A DNA stretch of 64,000 nucleotides. It comes from a virus. Made by a program: the position numbers and the translations under genes. Within the stretch, counting starts at the first letter, position 1; every line of letters starts with the position of its first letter. The notes under the pieces were generated by a model, which had not been told where the DNA came from, made no database searches, and worked only from the letters and a program-made list of their open reading frames with translations. The stretch is from IMG/VR virus record IMGVR_UViG_3300036792_000176, positions 1-64,000 of that record, one strand, 5' to 3'. Below are positions 29,784-39,805 of the stretch, in pieces.

Positions 29784-30336
29784 ATGAACACCCCTAACGG
29801 GCCGAGCCCCGATAACAGCAGGATCGCCCCGACCACTCCAAAGGTACACCTGACGGTGGTCGGGGCGTACGGACGCCACTACGACGACAAGAACGCAGCC
29901 CTCGATGACTGGCAGAACGGGAAGGACTTCCGCATCGCGAGCGTCGGCCCTGACATGGGCCGGTACATGTCTAAGCGAGACACCGAGACCCGCCCCGAGC
30001 TGCACGTCTCGATCCGCTACAAGAGCATGGTGTACATCGTCGACACGGTCACCGGCCAGAGCACCGAAGACGACCACGAGTTCTAGGAAGGACAGCATGG
30101 CGGGAACGCAGGATGGCGACGAGAGCATCTGGGAAGAGGCGACTCTGAACCAGATGCTCTCTGACCCTGACTTTGAGGCCGAGTTCGGACGCGAGCGAAC
30201 CGAGGAAGAGCAGATCGAGCACGAGATGTTCAAGGCTGCCACTATCCTCTCCGAGCCGAGCACACAGATGAGCGTGGGCCGCGATGAGCCCACGGACCCC
30301 GACGACCCAGACCCCGATATCTGCGAAGAGATTTAG
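29784..30336 (+). CDS. Two small genes (29784-30086; acidic 30097-30336)
   Basis: Leaderless start, then GAAGGA RBS. Confidence 0.6.
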
Positions 30337-30373
30337 CACACAAAATCCCGAGGGGATAAGCAAGGAGAGCCCG

Positions 30374-31522
30374 ATGGGCAAGCAGGTGATAGCCTGTCCG
30401 CTAGACAGGATTGCGGAGCTAGCGGACAGGACGGTGTATGCGACCGAGGAAGCCAAGACGGTCGCCATTCTGGCAAGCGCATCCAGCCACGCGCTGGACG
30501 CTAGCCAGACACAGCCGCGCGTGCTGGTTACCGGGAAGACCGGCCAGTGCGGCAAGAGCACACTGCTGTACTTCGCAGAAAACATATGCCTCAACGGATG
30601 GTCATCAAACCCCACATCCTTTGCCCTCAGGGCAAAGTTCATCGAGGGGCCTGTGACAATTTTCATCCATGAGCTGAGCAAGATATTCGGCGAGAACGGA
30701 CTGCGTGGCGCGACGCACCCGGTGTACCAGATAGCCTGCGACGGCTACTCGGTGAAGGGCAAGCTGAGCCTGTCAAATGGCACAGCTCAGGACATCAGCT
30801 GCTACGGCGTCGCCTTCTTCGCGGGCATCAAGAAGGCCGCTCCAGACGACCTGCGTTCCCGCTGTATCATAATCGAGATGGCCCCGAAGCCGGAGAGCAT
30901 GTATCTCGAGGACATACTGGACGAGGACGTTGAGGCCGAGGCGCTGGAGCTACAAGATGTGCTGCACGCCTGGGTACGCTCCGAGATCAAGAACCTGAAG
31001 GCGTACAACAAGGCGCTGAGGGGAGTTCACCCCCGGCTTACAAGCCGCAAGGCCCAGATATGGGGTCCGCTGTACGCCATAGCTAAGGCCGCCGGTCCCG
31101 TGTGGGTAGCACGCTGGCGGCGCGCGTTCGAGATGCTGGCTCTGGACGACGCGAGCCGCGCGCCGCTTATGCCGGAGCAGAAGATAGTCCGGGACGCCGG
31201 AGCGCTCATCCGCAGTAGGCCGGAGGATTCCGTCGAGCCGTACCTGACTAGCCGCGAGCTGCTGGAGTTCTGCCGCAACGTGGACGAGCGACTCTATCCC
31301 CGGCTCAGCGACTACAAGATGGCCGTGCTGATGGCCCGGGGCCTCGGCAAGACCAACACGCTCACATTCCCCGACCGGCACACGCAGAAGGGCTGGTATG
31401 TCTGCGAGGTCATGGAGATCGTTAAGGAGCAGGAAGCCGCACTCGAGCCCGACGAGGAGGAGATCCCCGAGCCAGACGAGTACGACACATTCTTCGACGA
31501 TGTGGACGAGGAGGTGGCGTGA
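30374..31522 (+). CDS. P-loop ATPase with C-terminal DUF3631-like domain
   Basis: G.CGKSTLL, DLRSRCIIIEM, R.AQIW.PL.AIA.AAG..W, C-terminal KGWY. Confidence 0.7.
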   Translation: MGKQVIACPLDRIAELADRTVYATEEAKTVAILASASSHALDASQTQPRVLVTGKTGQCGKSTLLYFAENICLNGWSSNPTSFALRAKFIEGPVTIFIHELSKIFGENGLRGATHPVYQIACDGYSVKGKLSLSNGTAQDISCYGVAFFAGIKKAAPDDLRSRCIIIEMAPKPESMYLEDILDEDVEAEALELQDVLHAWVRSEIKNLKAYNKALRGVHPRLTSRKAQIWGPLYAIAKAAGPVWVARWRRAFEMLALDDASRAPLMPEQKIVRDAGALIRSRPEDSVEPYLTSRELLEFCRNVDERLYPRLSDYKMAVLMARGLGKTNTLTFPDRHTQKGWYVCEVMEIVKEQEAALEPDEEEIPEPDEYDTFFDDVDEEVA

Positions 31523-31628
31523 TGCCGGATGATGGAGACAATAACACAGTCGGAGAACTGATAAGGGCTCTGCGCAAGATCGACAGGAGTAAGATCGTAG
31601 TCTTGCAGGGGTGCGACTGCCTTAATGA

Positions 31629-32693
31629 GTGGGACGGTCGGGTAACAGAGAACGACAAGCCGAACGAGATAGTGCTGAGGATCGACGGATAGGAGAAGCT
31701 GTGCCAACACCGACTGGCCTGCCAAAGGTGGGCGAGGTCTGGGAGAGCACCAGGAAACTCCCAGGTCAGAAGACAAACGTCCAGCGGTTCGTCGTGCTAG
31801 AGCGCGGGCGTGGCGACTACTGGTCTATGCGCGTGTACATTCCTGGGAAGGGCGTTAGCCTATGGGTCGATCCGGCTTACCAGATGAAGATGGGCGAGCT
31901 GAAGTACATCGGCCCGGCGAATGCTGAGATCAAGAAGAAGCTGGGTCTGAAATGAGAGTGATCCTCGACTTCTACTTCGACGACCTGGAGCAGCGCTGCC
32001 TGAATCCGAAGTGCGACTTCAGAGTCGGGCCGTACAGCGAGGAGTGGCGCGGTGGCTGCCCCAACTACCTGGCCGAGGAGCGGAGGACATGCAACAGTGC
32101 GCTCGGATTCTTCCGGGCGTTCGGGAACGAGGCACAGCGCAGCGTTCAGGTGAGGCGGGAAGACGCCCGCCTCCCTGGATCGAACTGCAGGCCAGACGTT
32201 ATCTACGGGGAGAGGTTATGGGGTACAACAACGAGGCGATGCACACTGCGATGTCCATTCTCGAGGCCATCGCCATTCCGGAGCTGCCGGCCATGCTCAA
32301 GAAGATGGTGCTGGATGGCACAGCCGAGGTCATCTGGGACCCGCATGTTAGCGGTGTCGTCGGCTTCATCTACCCAGGCACCAACAGGGCCATGTGCGTG
32401 GTGTACGTTAACCGCAATGACTTCGAGCTTGAGGACGAGTTCGAGAACAAGGTAATGCGGTCCGGTACCGACGTCACAATCAAGGAGGATGGCTCGTGAA
32501 TGAAGGATGCAATCACAGCAAGATAGGGTCGATCGCGTCCATCGAGGAGGGCAGGCACTGTGCATTCATGACGTGCCCGAACTACCGCGAGAAGTGCCCG
32601 TTGCACGCTATCGCGAAGACAGGGGAGGAATGCAACCTGACGATGCGGACCGACGTTACCCTAGCCGACCCGCCGGTACCGCCGGTACCCTAG
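31629..32693 (+). CDS. Small hypothetical genes (incl. 31629-31955, 32218-32499, 32496-32693)
   Basis: Coupled ORFs; starts uncertain. Confidence 0.45.
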
Positions 32694-32718
32694 CCGTACC
32701 GCGTACGCCCCGGTACCC

Positions 32719-32748
32719 TAGCCCTAGCGGTATGCATACGGGTACGAT
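32719..32748 (+). promoter_or_regulatory. TAGC-class promoter
   Basis: TAGCCC-N18-TACGAT; near-copy of the 29749 promoter (GTACCCTAGCCCTAG..TGCATACGG..GATATACCTA). Confidence 0.8.
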
Positions 32749-32804
32749 ATACCTACCGGGCCCCGGGCGATAGGCCAGAGGCCGTCAGGCAAACAGGAGG
32801 AATC

Positions 32805-33487
32805 ATGAGCTACGGAAGATCAAGGCACGTCTTTGGATTCGGCAACAATGCCGACGAGATCGATGACAGCGCGCTAGCTGAGGCAGCGAAGGCATTCAGG
32901 CCTGGCACTAAGCTGCGTGTCCATCCCACGTACACCATCACGGATGTAGGAGGTGCGGCATCTCCTACTCGCTCAATGATGGAAGAGATGGGCGTTGACC
33001 CTACTAAGGTGGCATTCGCGGCGTCCGTCACGGTAAATGAGGTTCTACCCGAGGACGGCCGGTACGTCACGATGTTCATCGGCAGGAAAGAAGAGCCGAC
33101 ACGCCTGATCGGGATCACTGACACAGAGCAGGAGGGCAGGGAGCTGGCGCGCGAGGACTACGTATGGCCCGAGCAGCCTGCGATCAAGTGGGTCAGGCAG
33201 AGGGGGCAGGAGCCGACCCTGGTCACTACAGGAGAGACCGGCGACAGCACCGGTGAGTACCAGATCCACAGGGAGTTTGGGTGAAGGTACTGATCACGAT
33301 AAAAGACACCATCGAGGACGCACGTGAGGTGCGGATGATGGTGAACACAACGAGCGAAGTGTTCATGCACACATTCGCCGATGATGGCGTGATCATCCAG
33401 GACATGGAGATCATCGAGGACGGTCCGCCTGAACCTCCAAAGCCAAAGCGCAGTAAGCGCAAGATCTGTAAGGAGCCGTGGCAGTAG
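32805..33487 (+). CDS. Two hypothetical genes (32805-33284, 33281-33487)
   Basis: AGGAGG RBS; GTGA coupling. Confidence 0.6.
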
Positions 33488-33488
33488 C

Positions 33489-33917
33489 ATGAGCATCCAC
33501 ATAGGCTTCACCGGCACGCGCAAGGGCATGACAAGCGAGCAGAATGAGAAGATTCGCTTCACGCTGCAGAGCTTCAGAGACTACCACTTCGGGATGGACC
33601 TGGTATTCCATCACGGAGACGAGCCGCACTCTGACCGCGAGGCCGCCGAGATAGCGCAGAAGATCGGGTATCGGATAAAGCCGCATCCGCCAGCGGCCAT
33701 GACATCAGAGGACCTGCTAAAGAGGAATCGCGAGATCGTGGCCGCTGTCGAGAATCTATTCGCAGCGCCAGGCGGATTTAAAGAGGAGCTGCGGTCTGGT
33801 ACCTGGGCCACTGTTCGCTACGGTAGGCAGGCTGGCCTGGAAGGGCTGATCATTTGGCCAGATGGCTGCCGCTGCCCTCTGTCGGCCAAGGAGCACGTCC
33901 ACGGCGTACGATTCTAG
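33489..33917 (+). CDS. SLOG-superfamily (DprA/YspA-like) nucleotide-binding protein
   Basis: IGFTGTR, HHGD...D..A, RNREIV, RSGTWATVRY. Confidence 0.75.
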   Translation: MSIHIGFTGTRKGMTSEQNEKIRFTLQSFRDYHFGMDLVFHHGDEPHSDREAAEIAQKIGYRIKPHPPAAMTSEDLLKRNREIVAAVENLFAAPGGFKEELRSGTWATVRYGRQAGLEGLIIWPDGCRCPLSAKEHVHGVRF

Positions 33918-34077
33918 GAGTAAGCATGCAAAAGGAAGCTTCTGATACACCCCGGTATGTCATATACGATATGCCCGAAGACATTCCGCTGGGAGCATTC
34001 GTGACCCTCCGAAGGATGTCGAAGCAGGAGATCGACGGCGAGGACACCGTCGTCTACGAGTATCTGGGGCACGAATA

Positions 34078-34761
34078 GTGAAAGACACCTATTACGAGAG
34101 AGAGACATGGGCGACTGTCGACATGATCAACCCGCCGTTGCCCGGCATATCATTCTCCGTAGTGTCAAGAGTGCGAGTCCGTCGCCGTGGGCGAGGCGCG
34201 GCTAAACGACTAATGGCGCAGGTACTCGAAGACGCCGACAGAGAGGGAGTGCCGCTCATCCTCGCGGTCGATCCGGATTACCAAGCCAACCCGGATATGG
34301 ATATCGACCGGCTACGCGCGTGGTACGAGAGGCTTGGCTTCCGCAGAATTATCAGCAACGAGCCTGACTTCCTCCTGCGCAACCCCAAGGTGTACGAGGG
34401 AACCGGCTGGCCACAGAAGCTGGAGTCAAAGCGGGCATACTGCACCAATCCGGCGCATGGCTACGGTGAGCACGACAGGATGTGCGTGCCCCCGGCAGAT
34501 CCTACCAATCCCAACATACGCATGATCCGTGTCCTGTGGGGCCTGTGCGGATACTGCAACGACACGGACGATCACACACACAGTCTTGCCGATTTTGCCA
34601 GGTGGCATCATCAGCGGATGAGGGTCGGCTACTCAGAGAGGAACAAGTGGGCCAACCCGGATGAGGATGGATCCATAGTTATCCACGGAGACATGGAGAT
34701 AATGCTGCTGTCCGATGGCTACCGGAAGGAGCGGAAGGATGGACGCCGAGAGGGAGCGTAG
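34078..34761 (+). CDS. GNAT-fold acetyltransferase with Cys/His-rich C-terminal extension
   Basis: RGRG.A..LM...L..AD, L.L.V, L.AWYERLGF. Confidence 0.75.
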   Translation: MKDTYYERETWATVDMINPPLPGISFSVVSRVRVRRRGRGAAKRLMAQVLEDADREGVPLILAVDPDYQANPDMDIDRLRAWYERLGFRRIISNEPDFLLRNPKVYEGTGWPQKLESKRAYCTNPAHGYGEHDRMCVPPADPTNPNIRMIRVLWGLCGYCNDTDDHTHSLADFARWHHQRMRVGYSERNKWANPDEDGSIVIHGDMEIMLLSDGYRKERKDGRREGA

Positions 34762-35035
34762 GTACGCCGATAGGCTCAGGAAGCATAACGATATGCTAAT
34801 CATCCTGTCTGGAATGGGCAAAGCCGAGCGCGCCGTAAGATGGATCGTATTCATAACAGCGGCTGTATCGACAACCGTCGGTATATACCTTGCGTTTGAC
34901 CACACCCCGAACATTGGCTACGGCTGGCCTATGATCGTGACCGGCGTAATCATGCTCATCCTGTTCGGGCCGCTCTACGACCAGTTCATGTATCTGTGCA
35001 TAAGAGTGAACGACTGCTGGCCACCGAGAGGCTGA
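34715..35035 (+). CDS. Two-TM membrane protein
   Basis: Hydrophobic helices. Confidence 0.5.
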   Translation: MATGRSGRMDAERERRYADRLRKHNDMLIILSGMGKAERAVRWIVFITAAVSTTVGIYLAFDHTPNIGYGWPMIVTGVIMLILFGPLYDQFMYLCIRVNDCWPPRG

Positions 35036-35064
35036 GCCCTGGAGCTCCGAGATACGGACGTAAG

Positions 35065-35096
35065 AGGGCCCGGTAGCCGTACGGCTACCGGGCCCT
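35065..35096. terminator. Perfect 32-bp palindrome between convergent genes (terminator or binding site)
   Basis: AGGGCCCGGTAGCCGTACGGCTACCGGGCCCT. Confidence 0.7.
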
Positions 35097-35138
35097 AGGC
35101 GCGCGGCGTAGGGGCGAGCTCCGCCCCGTTTACGCGAG

Positions 35139-35669
35139 CTAGAGGATCATAGGGTTCCATAGGCGGTCGCGTAGGCGGGCTGACTTACGGGCACGACGTA
35201 GCATGGTGATGAGGTGACGGGCAGCATCACGCTTATGCATACTGCCTACAGTATCCTGGTACAGACCCCAGGCCCTGAGACGATCGTCCGTAGCGGTGCT
35301 CTTCGCCATACCGCGCGTCTGCTGCACGATACGCGCGTCATTCAGGAATCTACGATGCCTGGCATACTCGAGCATGGCATTTATGCGAACCGGAGAGAAC
35401 ACGTCATCGTCTGTGAAGGGGTTGTCATTATCGAACTTCTCGGTGACGACGGCCGGTCCTATTCCGTAGTCCAGGCTCTGTACCTCACGGACGGTTCGGG
35501 CGATAATGTCAACCTGGGCACATTCATCGCCGGTAACCTCTCGGCACTCGAAGCGCAGCCATCTTCCGGGGGCATCGCCGTAGATCGACATCCGAGGTAC
35601 CTGTGCTATGCATATCCCAGTAGTTCCGCCAGGATCAAGTGCGACCATGTTCAGATGCGGGGGTGTCAC
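35139..35669 (-). CDS. RuvC-like Holliday junction resolvase
   Basis: VALDPGGTTG, VVTE, H.RDAARH. Confidence 0.75.
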   Translation of the reverse strand: MTPPHLNMVALDPGGTTGICIAQVPRMSIYGDAPGRWLRFECREVTGDECAQVDIIARTVREVQSLDYGIGPAVVTEKFDNDNPFTDDDVFSPVRINAMLEYARHRRFLNDARIVQQTRGMAKSTATDDRLRAWGLYQDTVGSMHKRDAARHLITMLRRARKSARLRDRLWNPMIL

Positions 35670-36278
35670 ACAGTCACCACGATTACTGCTATCACTGCCG
35701 CTAGTGCGACGACCATGCATGTCATGACGATGCCTAGCATGAAGCCAGCTACAGCAGGAGGGAAGTCCACTCCTGTAGCCATGAATGTAATTGTACGAAT
35801 TCTCTCGTCCAGATCTGCGAGCCGTGTCATCACCGGATCACTTCCTTCCATTCTTCCCATTTCATATTGGGGTGGTCTTGCTCCCAGCGTCTTCGCTTCT
35901 CGAGCTTGCGGTACCGTTTGGCCGTGTAGAGCATGAAGCCACATATTGCAACTAGTAGGTACGGAATCATTTCCGTTATCATATCCGAATACCTCCGGCT
36001 AGTGTCTGTGATGAGAGGGTAAGGTAGCCAATTGCATGAGAAGCCATCGCCAGAATCTCGGGTAGTGGCAATGCCCTGCACGAGATATCTACCGGGCAGT
36101 GAAGGTCACCGGAGTACTCGTCATACTGCATATAAACACCGTGAATTCCGCAGAACGGCGATGAAGAGGAGTCGGGCAAAGTTTCCCTTTCTGCGTATTA
36201 AGGTTTCTCGGGCGGACCCCCGATCGGTACGGTAAGGTAACCGCTAGCTAAGCCCGAGCCCGGAGGTCCTGCCCGATA

Positions 36279-38420
36279 ATGAGTATAGCCGATCGTACCC
36301 GAAACCGCGCGGTTTCGGGCGATTCGGAGGAGCGCCGTGACGCTGCGCTTCTCACTGCAAGGAGGCTAGTTCGCTATGGAATGCCCGTATTTCCAGCAAG
36401 GGTTGATGAAGATGGAAATCCCGACAGAGACGATAGACGATGGGCACGGTGGCAGAGGTACCCTGCAGATATGGATGTACTTGCAGGATACCGCCCCGGC
36501 GACGCACTGGCGGCAGTATGCGGCATCACATTCGATGTCATTGACATCGACCCGAGGAACGGCGGCAAGTTCTCATTCAACAGGATGTCGGATGAGCTCG
36601 GCGACTCGGCTCCAAAAGTGTACGGAATGTCTAAGACGCCGAGTGGCGGAACTCACCTCTACATCGCAGCTCTGGGCATAGGTAGCCATAACGGCTTTAT
36701 GCCGGGAATTGACCTAAAGGGTGGATTCCCAGACGGTAGTGGACGTGGCTTTGTATTCATCCCTCCAACCATCCGTCCGGTCAAAGGACACGATGGCGAA
36801 AACGGTGTCATAACAGGCGGATACGCCGAACAGGGCGTACGCATGGGTACGTACAAATGGCTCGAGCAGATGTCGCCCCCAGGAGGAGACTCATCCTCAG
36901 AGGAGATCTCATCCTACATACTGGCAGCCGTAGAAGGATCGCGAACACAGAGACCTACTGGTCAGCATGGTGCGAGGATAACCGCTAATCGGCTACGGTC
37001 TGACTGTATCAAGGCCGAGGCCGGGGGACAGCGCGCAGCCATGCTCCGTTATGTTCACGAGCTAGAGCGCAAGGGCTACGACAAGAATGACATCCTGGTT
37101 CTACTTCGCAGTCTATGCGCAGATATGCCCGTTTACGATGAGCGTCGCCCTTGGTGGCCTGTAAAAGGTCGCAACCCGGACCGAGAGCTGCTGACGCTGT
37201 TCCATCGTAGCGGGACAGTGATACCGGACGCCACCGATGAAGAGCTAAGCATTCTTGAGGGTCCCAGCGTGGCACAGGTTGTGCCGATGGGACTGACGCC
37301 ATTCTCTGAGATAGACCGCGGTCTCAGCAGCTGGCTCTGGAAAAGATACATCGCTGTCGGTGACATAACCATACTGGACGGAGACGCTGGTAATGGTAAG
37401 TCACTGATAACGCTAGACATCGGCGCTCGCGCAACTCGAGGGCGTGAGATGCCGGATGACTCGGACGGGCCTGATTGCTGCTCTGTCCTGCTGCTAGCGC
37501 CAGAGGACAGCGACAAGGTGACGGCTGGACGTCTAGAGGCCGCGAGCGCGGATATGACGCGGATCTTCAGGCCAGCGCTCACCCTGAGGAAGAAGAAGGG
37601 CAACGATGATCCGAAGGCGTACTCTGGGGATGAGCTAGTAACATTCCCAAAGAGCGTCAATAGGCTCAGAAGATGGATCGTAGCCTACGGCATCAAGCTG
37701 ATCATAGTTGACCCCATCTCTGCGTTTCTGGGCGAGAAGGTCAACAGCAACAACGACGCGAGCGTCCGCCAGGCCCTGGCCCCTCTGAGCGCAATGCTAT
37801 CAGAGGTAGGGTGTAGCGCCATATTCATCCGGCACTACAACAAGGACTCTACCCTCAAGGCGGCGCACCGTGGCGGTGGCTCGGTAGCGTTCGGTGCGGT
37901 ATCCCGCGTACAGCTGATCAGTGGCGAGGTACCGGCCGATAAGGCCGAGAAGTTCCAGTGTGAGGGCAAGGTCTTCGGTATAACGCAGGTGAAGAACAAC
38001 CACCTGAACCGTAGGCCAGGATACACGCTAGCGTATACCATTCAGGACAGTGACGTTGTCGCTGACACCGATGGCAACATGGCCCCTATGGTGCGCTGGC
38101 TCGGAGAGCTCACGCTGAGTGCGGACGAGCTAGCTGGCTCCGAGGTTAAGCCGAGACGCGGGCCAGAGCCGATGGTTCAGGATGAGATATCTGAAGTCAT
38201 CCAGTCCATGTTCGAGCATCAGGAGGTATGGGACGCCAAGGATGCCGTGAACGAGATAAAGGCGGCGGGTATCTCTGCCAACATGAGTACGGTGAACAAG
38301 GTGAAGAAGAAGATGGGTATCCGCAGCGTTCCGAGGCGCACGCGGGGTAAGCCTGGAACAACAGGCTGGAACTGGGTAATGGACGTAAAAATGAAGGTAT
38401 CTGAAGAGGAAGAAGAATAG
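36279..38420 (+). CDS. Bifunctional primase/polymerase (Prim-Pol) fused to AAA_25/RepA-like helicase
   Basis: G.PVFP, DVIDID.RNGG, TPSGG.HLY, PGIDLKG...FV..PPT; GDAGNGKS, LIIVDP, IRH.NK, GGS. Confidence 0.9.
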   Translation: MSIADRTRNRAVSGDSEERRDAALLTARRLVRYGMPVFPARVDEDGNPDRDDRRWARWQRYPADMDVLAGYRPGDALAAVCGITFDVIDIDPRNGGKFSFNRMSDELGDSAPKVYGMSKTPSGGTHLYIAALGIGSHNGFMPGIDLKGGFPDGSGRGFVFIPPTIRPVKGHDGENGVITGGYAEQGVRMGTYKWLEQMSPPGGDSSSEEISSYILAAVEGSRTQRPTGQHGARITANRLRSDCIKAEAGGQRAAMLRYVHELERKGYDKNDILVLLRSLCADMPVYDERRPWWPVKGRNPDRELLTLFHRSGTVIPDATDEELSILEGPSVAQVVPMGLTPFSEIDRGLSSWLWKRYIAVGDITILDGDAGNGKSLITLDIGARATRGREMPDDSDGPDCCSVLLLAPEDSDKVTAGRLEAASADMTRIFRPALTLRKKKGNDDPKAYSGDELVTFPKSVNRLRRWIVAYGIKLIIVDPISAFLGEKVNSNNDASVRQALAPLSAMLSEVGCSAIFIRHYNKDSTLKAAHRGGGSVAFGAVSRVQLISGEVPADKAEKFQCEGKVFGITQVKNNHLNRRPGYTLAYTIQDSDVVADTDGNMAPMVRWLGELTLSADELAGSEVKPRRGPEPMVQDEISEVIQSMFEHQEVWDAKDAVNEIKAAGISANMSTVNKVKKKMGIRSVPRRTRGKPGTTGWNWVMDVKMKVSEEEEE

Positions 38421-38428
38421 GTAAACCC

Positions 38429-38458
38429 TAGCCTGCAGTCGCCGAGATAGGGTAGGAT
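38429..38458 (+). promoter_or_regulatory. TAGC-class promoter, leaderless
   Basis: TAGCCT-N18-TAGGAT-N6-ATG(38465). Confidence 0.75.
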
Positions 38459-38662
38459 AGGGGTATGACGTACCGTACCGGGGCGACCCCCGAATACTGG
38501 TGCGACCCCGGTAGGCCGAGAACAGAGGAATACCCATGAACTGGCCGTATGAGGAGTGCGAGGTTTGCGGAGGCGCTCTGATGTTCAACGGCGATGACTG
38601 GATGCACATCAACTCCGGGAAAGACGACACCCTTCACATCCCTTCACCAGACAGGAAGACGA

Positions 38663-39805
38663 ATGCCTAAGATCGAAATCAAGACGCAGATGACTGCCCA
38701 GCAGCTGATCGATCTCATAATGGCGAGCGGGGCTGACCTGAGCAAGCCTGCACAGATCTTCATCGACCTGGGGAACGACGGTGCCGAGTACTATGGCATC
38801 GGAAAGGTCGAGACCTGCTTCCATCCGGCCAGCAAGGACGACGAGCCCAATCCGTACACGAGCCTCGTTATCGGGCTCGGCGAATTCCACTGCGGGTGAT
38901 GACATGCCTCGATCAAGCGAGTTCGCCAGGAAAGACCGGCAGCTCACGGGTGCCATCAAGAAGGTGCGCTCCGAGCTGCGCAACATCGTTCTGGACTGGA
39001 ATTCTGGTAGCTATCACGACAAGACTGCCAAGGACAGGAACAACACCCTAGCCACAATGTACGCCGCTGCCGAGCGAGCCCAGTTTGAGGCGTTCGAGGT
39101 TAAGCAGCTGATCGCTAGTTGGAAGGACCTGGAATCCGGCATGCCGGTTACCGCTCCTACGCAGCCCCAGCGAGTCATCCCTCACGCTCCGGAGTGCGAG
39201 GAGTTCGCGCTTACTACCAGGATCGGCAAGCAGCTGGACGAAGAGTTCAATAGCGGAAAGCTCGACGAGGGCACCTACTACCACAGCCTAAACGCTCTCG
39301 TCGCAACGCTACACGAGGCCGAAGAGTGCCCTGGCCGTCACGAGAAGCCTAGGGGCTAATTATGCCCGATACACTCAAGAGCCGGAAGGCTGAAATCAGC
39401 CGCGATCTCCGCGCCCGAATAAATCGAGGTGAGGAGATTGCCGGCAGTATCCTCCCTAAGAATCCATTCACCATACAAGTCGTCGGCAAGTCTTTCAGCA
39501 ATCTGCAGGCGAGGATCATCTACTCTGATCAGGCACCGTACTACATAACGGTTACCGAGGGTGATACATTCGCGGTCGATGGATCCGGAAGGACCGAGCC
39601 TGCTGTCAAGACCGAGCCTGCTGTCAGGCCCGACTTCTCGGTCGACATAAGCGAGGCTAAGTTCAGCAACCGTAACGGACTGGACCTAACGTTCTACCCG
39701 CATGGCCCTAGCCATGGCTTTACGATATCAGATATGACGACGGCCGAGCTGGCCGTAGTTCACCGCTACATCGGTGAGTTTCTAGAGGGGCAAAAGAATG
39801 GTTAG
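38663..39805 (+). CDS. Hypothetical genes (38663-38899, 38904-39359, 39362-39805)
   Basis: Contiguous ORFs. Confidence 0.55.
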
